The notes beneath the pieces were generated by a model. That model was not told where the DNA came from. It made no database searches and was given only the letters and a program-made list of their open reading frames with translations. A program made the translations under genes and the position numbers. 64,000 nt of DNA from Felis catus (lineage: Eukaryota): the NCBI RefSeq assembly GCF_018350175.1, contig NC_058368.1:39992001-40056000 (forward strand). The letters run 5' to 3'. Below are positions 27,076-41,373 of this stretch, in pieces. Every line of letters begins with the position of its first letter. Positions within the stretch are counted from its first letter, which is position 1.

Positions 27076-28317
27076 CATTCAAGATACATAGTGCAACCTA
27101 AAATGCTCCCTCCTATTCTTTCTTTCTTCTCTCCATCTAGGGTTAGCCCTGCCGTGTAGTCTGACACCACTCTCAGCCTTTTCCAACACTCTTCATTTTC
27201 CCTAGTAAGTCTAAGGAAATGCTTCCATTTTTAAACCTGTCTCAGTTTTAGATTCTCAGAGGGCGTGGACAAACATGAGTTTATTTTATTTTCGTATAAA
27301 GTCAATACATGTTAAAGTTCAACCACATATTTATACTTTCTTTTGCTCTTAATTCTTTCTCAAATCTCCAGCTGCCATATCGTAACACTTTCTTTATTCC
27401 TGTAAAACAACTGCTAATATTACACTTTGTCTTCAAGAGACAAATTCTATCAGTTTACATTTATCTGAAAATATATTTATATACCTCAATCTTTTGTTGA
27501 AATAGATATATTTTATTGTTATGGCTTATCCTTCAGTTTCTTCTTGTTTCAGCAGTATATACCACTATATTCTATCTGATGGCATAGTGTGCCATCTCAG
27601 AAGCATAGATGTGTTTTTAAAAACTCTTGTTTATAACTGTCATGACTGTGTGAATCAAGTAGTCAACTTTGGTACAAATTTAATGCTACTTCCCTCATGA
27701 ATTAATTCATCTTTCTTCACTTAAGTTATTAAAATAGCAACACCTGGTCTAATGCAAAACCTGTAGATTTTTTTTCCATCATTTAGTTTCAGACTGTAAC
27801 AAGGAAATCCTTGTTCCAAATATTAGCATTTATGGAGAAATTAGTACACACATTCCAATCATGTTTGTTGGGTGACTACAGGTTGAGCAAACCCTGAACA
27901 AAATTTTGCTTCCAAAACAGTGAACACGACACTTTATTTTTTTCTTTTGAAAGACTCAGAGTTCAACTTTAATATGGTAAATTTCCTCCACATCTTTCTT
28001 GTAGGGTTTTTACAATATTTACCTTTCTCTTAGCATAATCTTGAGTTTTTAAAAAAAATATTGACAATTTTGTTTCAAAGAATGGTCTTCATTCTTAAAA
28101 CATATGTGGTTCACCTTCATATTTTAGAGAAAATGTGGTAGTATATAGAAATCTGGGTAGATTATTTTCTTCTACAATTTGAAAGAGTTTTTCTTCTTGA
28201 AATCTGGATAGATAATTTTCTTCCAGGATTTAAAAAAGCTTATCCTCAATGTTTCTACTAAAGAGTTGCCATGATTCTTGATGCTCTTTTGAGGCATGTG
28301 TCTTTTTTCCCTTAGTT

Positions 28318-28443
28318 CTTTTTTCTCTTTTTTAGAGAGAAAAGGAGCATGAGCAGGGGAGAGGGGCAAAGGGAGAGAGAGGGAAGGAGTTTCTTTTTTA
28401 CTTTTTTTATTTATTTATTTTGACAGAGGATCAGGGGAGGTGC

Positions 28444-28482
<39 letters not shown>

Positions 28483-28716
28483 CCCAAGCAGGCTCTGCAC
28501 TGTCAGCCTGGAGCCCAATGTGGGACTCAAAGGCAAGAATGGTGAGATTGTGACCTGAGCCAAAACCAAGAGTCAGAGGCTTACATTGTTTGAGCCACAA
28601 AGGCGCCCCAGAGAGAGAGAATCTTAAGCAGGCTCCACCCTCAGCACGAAGGAGACCCCTGGGATCATGACCTGAGCAGAAATCAAGAGTTGGACATTCA
28701 ACCGAGCCACCCAGGG
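28318..28716 (-). mobile_element. Nested CanSINEs: inner copy ~28390-28609 inside the CT-rich part of an outer copy
   Basis: Two poly-T/GA tails followed by two heads; outer TSD ccttag(t/c)tc. Confidence 0.88.
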
Positions 28717-29760
28717 TTTCCTCCTTAGCTCCTTTTTAAAATTCTCTTCTCATATTTACTTTTCAGAATACATATATGATGTATGTCTCAGTATGGATCC
28801 TCATGAAGCAAAACTTGAGAGAGTGATTCTTGTGCAACTCACTCACTTTGGAAAGGTTCTCAAGAGAAGGGGAGTAAGTTGATCAAGGTAGAGAATGCAG
28901 CAAAAAGTTAATTAAAAATGTTTTCAGCTGCAATCTAGTTTAAACCTGCTCCAGGAAGCCCAGAAGCATGCATTGCACTACTGAGTTGGACCCACCTAAG
29001 GCAAGAATTTGAAACCCAGCCTTTTCTATAGCTTTGACCTATGTTAATCAGTAATTACATGACAACTACAACTCACACTAGTGTGATCTATGCATCATCC
29101 TGGTTACCGGGATCAAGTTGGGATATAAAATGACAACTACAATGTGCTTACTTGTGATATTCTTTGTTTTTGTCCAGATCAGAGTTTGTATTGCCTTTTG
29201 AGTTTATATTTTGGAACCTACCATGAGTTTGGGAATATTCTTAATCACTATTTATTTATTTTTTACTTTGGATCTTTTCTATTATATCTCTCTATTCCTG
29301 GGACTCAATGACCTGTTTATCAGAAGTTTTCAATATATCTGCTATGTCCCTTACATTATTTGCTCTACTTAACATTCTTTTGCCTTCCATGTAAGTATGT
29401 TCTTCTGACCTAGTTCTATATTGAATAATTCTGTTTGCATGTATTTCAAATCTTCTACCATGCCCAGGCATCCAGTATTTAATTATGTTATTTCATTTTA
29501 TGCATGAAAGGTTCAATTTCTTTCCATTTATAGGTTCCATTTTCTGTTGAGATTTTTTATCTTGTCTTTAATTTACTGAATTTATCAGTCACAAATATTT
29601 CAAAGATCATATGGGATACTTCCATTATCTGGAAATCCTGTATATATATTTCTAGTTTACTTCTTTTCTTGCTTTTGTTTTTACTCAAGTCTAGTTTTCT
29701 TATATTCACATGGCTATTTTTGATTTAGTAAAAGACATTACATTCAGAGAAAAAAAATTA

Positions 29761-29972
29761 GGGGCGCCTGGGTGGCGCAGTCGGTTAAGCGTCCGACTTC
29801 AGCCAGGTCACGATCTCGCGGTCCGTGAGTTCGAGCACCGCGTCGGGCTCTGGGCTGATGGCTCAGAGCCTGGAGCCTGTTTCCGATTCTGTGTCTCCCT
29901 CTCTCTCTGCCCCTCGCCCGTTCATGCTCTGTCTCTCTCTGTCCCAAAAATAAATAAACGTTGAAAAAAAAA
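29761..29972 (+). mobile_element. Young felid CanSINE
   Basis: Near-consensus; aaaaaaaatta on both sides. Confidence 0.97.
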
Positions 29973-31943
29973 TTATAGATAACCTGAGACTGGATAATGT
30001 TATCTTATCCCAGAGAAACTTTTCCCAGAGAATCTTGCTTCTAGTGATCAATGTAATGGTATGAGAAACTATAGATAAAATTTAGTCAATTTAGATAAAG
30101 TTGACGAAGATTTGAAGCTAAGTTTCAGTTTCTGTGAGACCTGGCCTATTTCCCATTCATCATTACTTCTAAGGTGTGGCATTTGCAGGAACAAACAGAA
30201 AGTGCACGAAGACTCTAACCTCCAATTTTTGTCCGACTAGCTCAATGAGTCTGCCTATAAATCTCTGCTCAAGTATACTTCCTCTGAGGTACTGCTTGCA
30301 GAATTGGCAAATTTCTCAAAAAAACCCATATTCCCAAATTTTGACTCACCTTTCTGAATATCCCTTATCTACCAAATTGGAGGTTAGCCCCACAAATCCT
30401 CCTTCCTTTGGTAGTTCTCAAAGGCATTTAAAGAGGTGTATGAAGAGATATACTATATCTAGATTTTTCTGGATAAGTGGTAAGATTAGTCTGAAAGCAG
30501 TACTGCTGAAAAGCAGTATTCTACAGTACTGTCTTGACATAGCACATGTTCCTTAGCTTTGGTAGCCATACACAGCACAGCATCCTCCTTGAGGAATAAA
30601 ACCATAGCACCAACAGTGATTCTGACTGCAGTAGCCAAAAGTTACCACATGACAGCCTAGTGGTAATTGCACAGTGGTAGCATGCTAACCAGCAGTAGCA
30701 TATTGAAACTGGCCCTTGTTTGAAACCCTTTGCAGCATTAAGGCAGTCAGAAGCAAAAATCTGCATTGCTATGTTAATATACTTCATTTGCATTTATGGC
30801 TGATAAACTAAAGGCAATTTTTATTATTCAAGGAGCATGTTTTACAAAGAAAACAAGTTGCATTCTTGGGCATCACAGAAAAGTATTGGTGGTATAATTT
30901 TAAGCCACAGTGAGCTTTCTTTCCTAAGTGTAAGAAGCAAAAACAATTACCATACTTCAACTTATACCTAGTAGGAGTTTTTTAGTTCCAAGGTTGATTA
31001 ATTGGTCTGAGATGCAAACACTAAGGATTCTATAAGAACAAAGAAAACTAATTCCTTCAAACAAAAGGGATTGCTGGGAAGGTGATCATAGAGTCCCTGT
31101 GTATCAAAAATTAATTTAAGCAAATAGCATTGCCATATGAGATCCTAAAATCAAAGTAAAATGTCTTACAAAAAGTCTCTAATTTTGGCAACACATACAC
31201 TCAGATTTTTAGTTTATTTAAAGTAACTTATTGAAGAAAGAGTTCTGTGACTCTTTTTCAATTGACATCTTCAATTTTTTCAATTCAATTCTCTTCTTCA
31301 ATTCTTCAATTTTGGTTTCAAACAAAACCAACAATTTGCTTAATTAACATCCAAGGCGGAGATAAAAATATGTTAATGCTTTTTTTACCTACAAATGTTA
31401 AAGTTTACTTAAGTAACTATACTTTGGATTCTTTATAAGAAGAACACTTGAAAGTATATTTCCTTAATTTATTCATTATTATACTTTAATGATAGACCAA
31501 TTCTGACTTGAATCAAAAGTTAATTTTGAGAAATGCTGGTAAGCCAAAAAAGGTCATGGTTCTTTCACATGATATTAAGATATAATATTCAGACACACAA
31601 CACTGGACTATATTTAATACAGTTTGGCTACATTATTGTTAAATTTAAGACAATGATCATTATCAGCTAAATTAGAGAATGATCATTATAAGCCAAATTT
31701 TGAAAATAATAATTCATAAATTGTATATATTAAAAATGTAGAGACAAATATCAATCACTTCAATAATAACAATTAAGCTTGGATTTTACTAATTTTTGCT
31801 CTTTTTCATTTCTCTATTGCTCAAAATTATGCTAGATTACAACAGTTTTCAAAAATTAACAAAGTGTATTGTACTTTTATCTCAAAACTTTTATTTAATT
31901 TTCTTGTTCGCTTACACAACTGCTTAAGATATATTCAAATGAT

Positions 31944-32142
31944 GGGGCACCTGGGTGGCTCAGTCAGTTGGACATCTGACTTCAGCTCAGGTCATGATCT
32001 CATGGTGTGTGAGTTCAAGCCCCACAACGGGCTCTGCGCTGAGAGCTCAGAGCCTGGAGCCTGATTCAGATTCTGTGTCTCCCTCTCTCTCTGCCCCTAC
32101 CCCCCTCTCAAAAATAAATAAACATTAAAAAAAATTTTTTAA
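31944..32142 (+). mobile_element. CanSINE
   Basis: TSD aaga(t/c)atattcaaatga. Confidence 0.94.
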
Positions 32143-32249
32143 AGACATATTCAAATGAAAAGTGATGTACTTATAGGAATTGCCTTATTCTGTGAAAATA
32201 TATGAAATACTTATGAATATTTGCCACCTCTCAGAAAAGAGTATGGTAG

Positions 32250-32456
32250 TTTTTGTTGTTGTTTTGTTTTTAAAGTTTATTTATGTTGAGAGAGAGAGTG
32301 TGTGAGTGGGGAGGGGCAGAGAGAGAGAGAGAAACCCAAGCAGGCTCACGCTGTAAGCGTGGAACCTAACAGGGGACTCAAACCCACGAACCATGAGATC
32401 ATGACCTAAGCCAAAATCAAGAGTCTGATGCTTAACCATGTGAGCCACCCAGTGCT
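32250..32456 (-). mobile_element. CanSINE
   Basis: TSD aaga(g/a)tatggtagt. Confidence 0.92.
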
Positions 32457-33599
32457 CCAAGAATATGGTAGTATTGGTAAATATTAACAGAAAAAAAAAA
32501 ACAGAAAAAAAATGCAAGATGGTAATATTGATTGATATGACACTACAGTTAATACTACTAACTTATAGATAAAAATAAGTAGGTTGTTGATTAGGTATAT
32601 AATATTCCTTATGTTACACAGAAATTAAGAAAAGCTTGATGAAATAAAGGTCTTTCTGATTTAACATTCAACATATGAAAGAAGATTTTAAGGGAAAAAT
32701 AAGATTGAAAGAAATGCATAAATGCCAGAGTTGGAATAATATTTTGAATATTCATTTTCATGGAAAAAAGTTAATCCTTATCTATATGTCCAAATACCAG
32801 AGATATCTATAATCCATAAAGCTTGGATTATAACCACCAAGTGAAAAATATGAACTAAAAATAGAAAAAGAAAGCAAAACACTAAATAATTCATGTGCTA
32901 TAGGCAAATGTCTGGATATTAAAAATAATGAGACATTGATTGGATTTATCAGTTATCAACCAGTACAATCATGGGAGTTGATGTTGATTCATTTGAACCT
33001 TGAATTATTGAAGTCAAAATTTACTTACTATTTTTCTATCAACGAATACTAACATGCTAAAGCTAGGTCAGCTGACTTGTATACTCAGCCTTTTTTTTTT
33101 TGTTTTTACTTGTTCTTGTCCCACACAAAGTGAATCCAAAGATACACACACACACACACATACAAATTCTCACAAATATACTTCGAAAAATATACTTGAC
33201 ACTTCCTAAACACCAGCGTGTATTTCATTCACTGCACATAGAAAGTTTCTAGAAGCTAGATATCATGCTGGGCTTATCACATTCAAAAAATATGTGTGTG
33301 CATATATAATGATACATAAAATAATACAGACATGTAGATATACTTTTTTTCATAGCACAGTAAGAGGGATATTTTTAAGTAAAAACATGACAATATTAGT
33401 TCCCTATGTGATCACTGCAATTTTGACTCTTTTACCTTAGGATAATGTGTAAAGTCATAAGCAGTCCCCAGTCTGTCTGTGGCTCTTGTGTTTCATCTTG
33501 AACCAAGTCTACCCAGTAGCTGTTTATTCCTAGCATTACATCTACATTACATCTAGCATTACCCTTTTTCTGACCTTTGAACATATTATACTAAGGGTT

Positions 33600-33930
33600 T
33601 TTAGAAATGATTTTAGTCTCTGTCCTGAATGTTTCCTCTACTCTCTGAATCTGACCTTAAATTTCTTTCCACTAAGAAAATATTCCTTAATCAGACTCCT
33701 AGGTCAAGTTGCTCTACTATTGCATGCTTGTACTTCCCTTTTGTCCTAAGTGTTACAATTACATAAAAATAAAAATCTTCAATTATTTGTTTAATGTGTG
33801 TCTGAGTCACAACTTAGAACTGAGATCATGACTGGATCATCCATTTCTATACCCCCAGGCCCAAAAACATTGATAGGCCCATTCATATTAGAAATTCTGT
33901 AAGTGTTTAATGACTTAATGTGTTTCTTAG
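33600..33930 (+). mobile_element. L2 3' end
   Basis: aattatttgtttaatgtgtgtct, tatacccccaggccc. Confidence 0.55.
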
Positions 33931-34429
33931 CACCTACTGAGCATCACAGATGCACTGAATAAATGATAAATATGTAAATAAGAATTGAGACTAAAAAGGC
34001 TGCTCAATCATTAAACCTATTATGATAACTGCCAAAAGTACAGGACAAAGTATATAAAAGCAAAAGGACTGCCAATCTCATTCTCATGAGAAGTGTGAGT
34101 TATATAAAATCATCTTCTGTAATACAGAAAGTCAAGCCAATAAACTATAAAGCAAGAGTCTCTAAGGATTCCTACTTGAAAGGTTAAGCTAAATACAAAC
34201 CAACAGTAAAAAATAACTACACAGATGAAGAACAGACTCAACATGAATTAATTTGAAAGAAACAAAAAACAGCAATAAGAGAGGCTCAATAACTTTGGAT
34301 ATTGGTATTTTCTGTCTCAAAACCAGAAATAAAGTAAACAAAAATAAAAATGAGTAAAAATATAAGGCATTACAAATATAAATAAGGGCCAAATGACTAT
34401 CAAAAAGAACCAAAAATATTTGGAGAAGA

Positions 34430-35760
34430 AAACCAAATTTTTATAAAAGAAAATTATAAACTTTAAAATAAAACTTACTAAACACATACAGTAAAATGAA
34501 ATAGATGAAGAAAGAATTAGCACACTAGATGATGGATCTGAAAAACTTATCAGATGTAACTTGGAGAGACAAAGTTAAAAAAAATATAACAAAGTTTAAC
34601 AGAAAGGGAGGGCAGAATCAGAAGAACTAATATATTTAATTGGAAATACACTTCCTAAGAGAAGAACATAGAAAGAACAGAATAAAAGCAGTATTTCAAA
34701 ACACAGCAGCTTAGTATTTTCCAAAACTGTTGGAAGATTTCAACATGTATATTTGGAAACTAGAGTGAATCACCAGAAACACACATAAAAAAATATCATC
34801 TACACGTATCTTAATGAAATCACAGAGCATCGGATACATAGAAAATACCTCTTAAAAAAACAGAATTTAAAAGTATATTGCTTGCATAAGAAAAAATAAT
34901 TTGAACTCAGTAGAATCTTAAAATTATAAAACTCAAAGAACAGTGGAAAATTCTGTGAGACAAAATAATCCTCAAATCATATTTTGCACTCAGGAAATAT
35001 AATTCAGAAAATGATGAACGATAAGTTCAGGTTAATCACAAAGGACCCTTGGTAAAATATATATATGCCACCCGAAAAAGAGGTCACGTATGCTTTTCAA
35101 ATAAATGTAGACTAGGAAAAGTGATATAGTGTGGAAAAAACAGTCTAGAAAATTTTAGAACATTAAAAGCATAGTCTCATAACATATTCAATAAAATTAG
35201 GCTTCAAAATATAAAACTAGCATTAAAAATTATCCAAACATCCAGAAAGTCACAAACACACTTCTTAAAAGAATATTTTTAGGAAAAAATCAAATTTAAA
35301 CTTGCACAATATTTACAAACCAACTGTTGGTCTGGCCAAGAATACAGAATTCACTAACCATTTAGAAGATTTTAAAATAGTAGTCATAATTCCAATCACA
35401 AAAGGGGGACAGAATTAGTGATTTTACAATGTAAGTTCCAGCTTCAAAGAAATGATAATTTTCAATTTTATACAATATATTCTAGAGACAAAATATGATT
35501 AAAAGATGCACTATTTATATTATGTGTCTAGTATAAACTCAGTTACCAAGAGGACAAAGACAGGTACATAAAAGTATTAAATATTAGCAAATCAAACAAA
35601 GTAGCCTATATAAATAAGAGTGTTTTCAGGCATTCAAATAAGGTTTAACATTTTAAAAACTATCATTTTTTTACTATATTATAAGACATATTACAAGATA
35701 TGCAGTGAAGAAATTATAGGAGAAAATGGGTATCATCTTAGTGGTTAAAAAGACATTTGT
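34430..35760 (+). mobile_element. Degenerate L1 ORF1/ORF2 fragments
   Basis: gaagaaagaattagc..ctaga, ggcagaatcagaag..taatatat, aatattagcaaatcaaa. Confidence 0.65.
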
Positions 35761-37196
35761 TATCACTTGACTAATGTTTTTGACTTACACAAACAAAATG
35801 ACTACAAATAACCCTAACCTGAAACACACGAGAACATTTTTTACTTGAGAAGAACATGCGCATAAATGTAGTGTAAGAATTCTTTCTTTATAATTGTACA
35901 TAATAACTACCCAGTACATAGAGAATTTCCACACGTTTTCAAGAAATAAACACACAAGAACATTATCAGAATCCTGGAACACCTCTCAGAACCCCAGAAA
36001 GCCATCCCCAGTAGCTACCCACTCTAAAAAAATATGAGCAATATATTAACTTCCAAAATCATAAATTAGTATTATTGTTAGTTTTGAAACATTATATAAA
36101 CAGCAACACAAAATAAGTAAAATTTGTTTCTGGCTTCTTTTGATCAGATACTCCTTGTAGGAGACATCCTTTTTGTGAACTGTATAGTTCACTAATGTCC
36201 GTTACTGTTTAGTGTTCCATTTTACAGATATATTCTTCCTTACCATCTCAATGTTTGGTTATGATAAATAAATAACTAGTTATGATAAATAAATGGATGC
36301 ATTATCTCCTGGTTGTGTTTCTAAAAGTTAAAATCCTGGTTACAGGGTATGCATATGTTAAGCTTTAGTATGTATCACAGCAAATAGCTTGCCCAACTAG
36401 TGACACAACCAAAAGTTGTGTAAGGAAAGTCATTCACATACTTATCAACACTTGGTATTTTCAATATTTCTTATGTTGTCACTTTTGTGAATGTGCAGTA
36501 TATTGCATTACGGTTTAAATATTCTTTCACCCTCATTTACTAACATTTTAGCAGTTTCATTATTGGTTGTAACCCTTATTTGTAATTGATACAATTTAGT
36601 AAATACTATTACCTACACCACTTCTCTGACATTGTCAGAACTATATTCTACGGCAACACCATTTGCCTTGTGTTATTTTTATAATGCATCTCACTTTTTA
36701 TATGTGTTTCAAACCCCACAATATACTACTATTATTGTTTTAGAGTCAATATTCAAACACTGTCCATTAATTTTATGTACATATTTGCCTTTTCCACACC
36801 TTCCCACACCATATTTCATTGAGAATATTTCCTTCAGTTTTTCTTTTAAAGTTTTCTAATGACAAATTCTCTATGCTTTACTTATTTGAAAACTTATTTT
36901 CTTCATTTCTGAGGGATATTTTTCTGAGGTATAGAATTCCAGGTAGACTAATATTTGGAATTTTAAATAACTTAGCCAGTTGTCTTCCAAATGTCATCTT
37001 TTTTTTTTTTGAGAAGCTGGCTATTGTTACTATCGCTCCTTGAAATTATTTATTTTTCTGTTTTCACGTTTCCTCTATAAATCTACTTTTCAGCAATCTT
37101 ACCATATTCTGTTTGTATTTCACCAAGACTCTGAATCTGAGTTGATGCATTTTCTCAGTTTTGGAAAAAAGTAGTCACAGTCTTTTTAAACATTGC

Positions 37197-37406
37197 TTTT
37201 TTTAATGTTTATTTATTTCTGAGAGACAGCGATTGGGGGAGAGGCAAAGAGTAAGGGAGACAAAGGATCTGAAGTGGGTTCTGCGGTGACAGCAGAGAAC
37301 CTGATGCGGGGCTCCAACTCATGAATCATGAGATCATGACCTGGGCCATGATCAGATGCTTAACCCAAGTCACATGCTTAACCAACTCAGCCACCCAGGC
37401 ACCCCT
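37197..37406 (-). mobile_element. CanSINE
   Basis: Standard structure with a duplicated atgcttaacc segment. Confidence 0.9.
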
Positions 37407-37587
37407 AAATATTACTTAAATGTTTTATAATAACCAGTATCTTTTAAAATCGTCTTTACGGTATTCTCTCCTCTCCTCTGGGATTAAATTTTATGAATAT
37501 TAAATATACTGCTGATAACTATATGCCTCTATTGCTCTTTCCTATGTTTTTCATTCTTAATTTTCCTTTCAGTACATTGTTTTGGAA

Positions 37588-37810
37588 TTTTTCTTTTTAA
37601 AAATTTTTAATGTTTCATTTATTTTTGGAGGGAGAGAGAGACAGAGTGAGAGCAGGGGAGGGGCAGAGAGAGAGGGAGACACAGAATCCCAAGCAGGCTC
37701 CAGGCTCCAAGCTGTCAGCACAGAGCCTGACGCGGGGCTACCTCACAACCACGAGATGGTGACCTGAACCGAAGTCGGACACTTAACCAACTAAGCCACC
37801 CAGGCACCCC
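37588..37810 (-). mobile_element. CanSINE
   Basis: TSD tgttttggaa. Confidence 0.93.
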
Positions 37811-38393
37811 TGTTTTGGAAATTTCTTATTGACCATTTTTCCAGTTCTATAATCTTGCCATGAATGTGTCTTACCTACTTTTGATTCCATCTAAGTTCTT
37901 AATTTTAGATTTTATGCTTTTGTATTCTAGAATTAAAATTGGTTAATAACTTCTGATTCTGTGGTGAAATTTTCCAGTTTTTCATGTTTTCTATAACATA
38001 TAAACCACAGTTACATTAATATCTGTATCAGCTCACTGGAATATTTGGATCACTGTGGATCTTTTTCTATCATCTTTGTTCCCCCTTCTTTTTTCATGAT
38101 TCTCTTTTCTTGGCATGCTTAAATGAATAACAATGCTATGTATTAAAAATTGTGAAGATTCCATATGATAATAAAATCACATTGCTGGGAAAATGTTCAC
38201 AGTGAGATAAATACGTAAATATAAAAAATTACTATACATGTTTACATTGAAACGTACATATTTATGAATATTTATGTATAAAATACACTTGGTGAGATGT
38301 TAAAGTGTATAATATCTGATTAAGAAGAAGACACCTAGATTGGAGTAGTAGCCAAAGACTTTAACCTTATCCTTAATATATTAATTTCAAACA

Positions 38394-38604
38394 GGGCGCC
38401 CGGGTGGCTCAGTCAGTTAAGCAATCGACTCTTGATTTTGGCTCAAGTCAGATGGTGGGATCGAGCCCTGTGTTGGGCTCTACACTGTCAACGCAGAGCC
38501 TGTGTCTCTCCCTTTCTCTCCCTCTCTACCCCTCTCTCACTGGCTTGTGTGTGCATGTGTGTGCTCGCTCGCTCGCTCTCTCAAAATAAATAAACTTTAA
38601 AAAA
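38394..38604 (+). mobile_element. CanSINE
   Basis: Head, CT/GT repeat and tail. Confidence 0.88.
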
Positions 38605-39611
38605 GCACAAAGAGATGTTTCTTCATTTTTATTATAAATACAGCCATTTTAAGTACATAAAAATACTTTGTTAAACATTATAACATTTTTCTCATAGTTG
38701 AATACAAGCAATAGGAACAATTTTCTTAATCTGAAAACTAGGTTACTACAGCAGAGTTCAATCTCTTGAGAGTTTGTTTCAAGCTAAGAGTTTAACTTCT
38801 GTTTTTCCAAAAGGAAAGTAAAAACTCTTTAAGGTCCATTTCAGTCCATATAAGAGTTTTATAGGATCTTATAGGAGTTTCTGCAGATATATTAAGATTT
38901 AAAACATGAAATAATTCCCCAAGTAAGTTTTAAAATGGCCATATCTTTATACTGATTGCAGAGATGTTAACTTCCTGATGTTGGTATTACTGCTTCATTC
39001 ATTGTTGAGCAAACTGAAGAATAGAGAATTTAAAGACTTTCTCTCATGTTAATAACTGAGTAATTACTCCTTTATTCCTCCTTTGTCCACTCAATTTCAC
39101 CCTATGCTAGAAGCCCCAGGAACATGAGGTTTGGTCATTTACTTAATGCATTTTTCATGCCTACTGAAGTGCCAAGCCTTTAGGAAATAATCAACAGATA
39201 TGGGTGAAAAAAATATAGATATGTGAATTTTTAGTCTCATATTTTGCTTAATGTCTCCTAAATTCTGTGGTAACAGGTTTCCAAATTCAGAGTCTCTACA
39301 TATGTTGTACTTCTACATAAAAAGATTTTCTTTGTTCTGAAAGACTGACCTGTACTAAATTTCAAGTCTCAAGTTAAATGTTATTTCACAAGGGAAAATT
39401 AGGGAAAATTTATTTATTTAAAATATTATTTATTATATATTTATTAATATATTTATTATATGTTTATCATATATTATTATATATTTATTTAAAATTCATT
39501 TAAAATATCTTTATTAGGGAAAATATCTCCCTAATCATTTATCAACACTTAGCAATTGTTTTGTTCTTCCCTTCACAACAGTAAAAAATTTCTATATGTG
39601 TATATATAAAT

Positions 39612-39644
<33 letters not shown>

Positions 39645-41373
39645 TATATAGGTATCACATATTTTCTTGTTCATTATTTGTCTCTACATTACACCATAAG
39701 TGACATGAATAAATATCTTGACCAATTTCATCATTTTATTCTCAGCACCTGTATAGGAGTGGCACTCCAGACTGAAAAGTTCCATCTGGGGATTCCTGTT
39801 ATCATGTGAATTAGATTTTCTGTAGGAAAACTTACATTTATTTATGTATGATAGAAAGCCTATCCCAAATGTCCTACTTTTTTAAGCTGTCACTGTGTTT
39901 GCCAACAAGCTGTGTTTGCACTGACAAGAGAACACTGGAAAAAGGAATACCGCTTACAGATCTCAGCAATTCTTCCTAAGCAATTGCCAGTGCCATTCAG
40001 AGGGAGTCAGGAGTTCAAGACTTAATGCTCTGATAAAGCCGCACATCCCAAAGTGAGTCATTTACAGTGATACCGCATCATCAGTAAAGTGAATCCAGAT
40101 ATCCTATACATTATGGTGAACAGTTTCAAATCTCATATCCCTACAGCGCTCCCAGTGAAATGAAGCTGAATAAAACAAATCCTGATTTTTCACATTTACT
40201 GTTATTAAAGAAGGGAACAAAGTAGTGCCAAGGGGAATGAAAGAATAAGGCTATGGCTATTCAGTTGTGAAGAAAGTAAATTAATAAAACTAACCTCATT
40301 TCTTTTGTACATGCTTTCAGTAGATGCCCCTGGAGAACAATTCCCTTTATGGAATAGAATAAGGATAAGGGACAGAGTCTGCAGCTTTGTAACTTGATAT
40401 TTTTTAGTGATATTTGCACTTGATGTGTCACAAGGAACTAATATGTCACCCCATTTGCCACATGATGCTATATCTTTTCCTACGAGCTATTCCTTTTCAT
40501 AATGTTTACTAGAAACATTGGTAAATATTATACTCTCTTTAAGTACAACATATAAAAACTATTATCAGGGGAGAAACAAAAACAATCCTGTGAACATATA
40601 ATTCTTTCAACCTTTAAAACATATATGGCATTCTGAGCTTGTGTGAAATACTTAATCCGTTTTTTTTTTTTTCCCTTCTCTTGCTTGGCAAAAATTAATG
40701 CAGTGTGCTAGAAAAGCCTTTATCCACTATGACAAACTGAACAACCTCCAGGCTGTTCATCTGCCATGAGGAAGATTTTTCATTTCAATGGCTAGCTGAG
40801 TGATGTATGTGAAGATATTTTCCAACCTGTCTGGCTCACTGTCTCTTTGCTTTAGTGGATTCCATTTAAGAATTAGTCCAGCATCATTTAATAGCATGCA
40901 ATATAGGAACACATTTCTCTTGACAGGTAGGTTAGATGATAGATAAATATGCATACAGACATCTTTCTATTTTTTTAAGAAAAATGAAGCCCAGCACTCC
41001 AGAATATATTTTGGTCAGAATTCTAATCTACTTCTAATTTTAGACCTACTTCCTGGTGATAGAGACTTTTATCAAGACCTGATGTTTCTATTGAGCATCT
41101 CTTCTAGATTAAAAGAATCAAAAGAATATAAATAAAATCCATCTACCTCTGTGATTATTCAATTGTTTTCTATGAAATAAAGAAATTGTAAATTTAACGT
41201 GCCTGTGTATGTAGTTCTACAATCTACTGTCTTGATAAATAAATCAATAAAATAATTTTGTCAGTATATATCAAATACATTTCATGAAGTTTTTCAAGTT
41301 CATTTTTCTTAAATAAAAACTTTTCTAAATGATATCACACGGAAAAATTTCCATTTAAAAAGTAAATTTAGAA

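Larger units (their letters stand above)
27950..30540 (-). mobile_element. Degenerate antisense L1 5'/ORF1 region with nested SINEs and an LTR fragment
   Basis: gtatatagaaatctggg, ttgccttttgagtt, ttctgacctagttct; T-rich strand. Confidence 0.6.
35870..38100 (-). mobile_element. Antisense old L1 fragments (3' end, then ORF1-like)
   Basis: tctggcttcttttg, atcaacacttggtatt, ggtatagaattccaggt. Confidence 0.65.

Noticed and set aside
29710..30051. SINE-derived ORFs (e.g. GAPGWRSRLSVRLQPGHDL..., and similar ones at 65, 16103, 22154, 23338, 41376, 54167)
   Set aside because: These are translations of CanSINE consensus, a common source of spurious carnivore protein predictions.
30176..30556. Longest ORF in the track (126 aa)
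   Set aside because: Starts at GTG, lies in degenerate antisense L1-like sequence and has no recognisable domain.
40757..40954. 65-aa minus-strand ORF in unique sequence as a possible exon
   Set aside because: No recognisable homology and no convincing splice-site pair or neighbouring exons.
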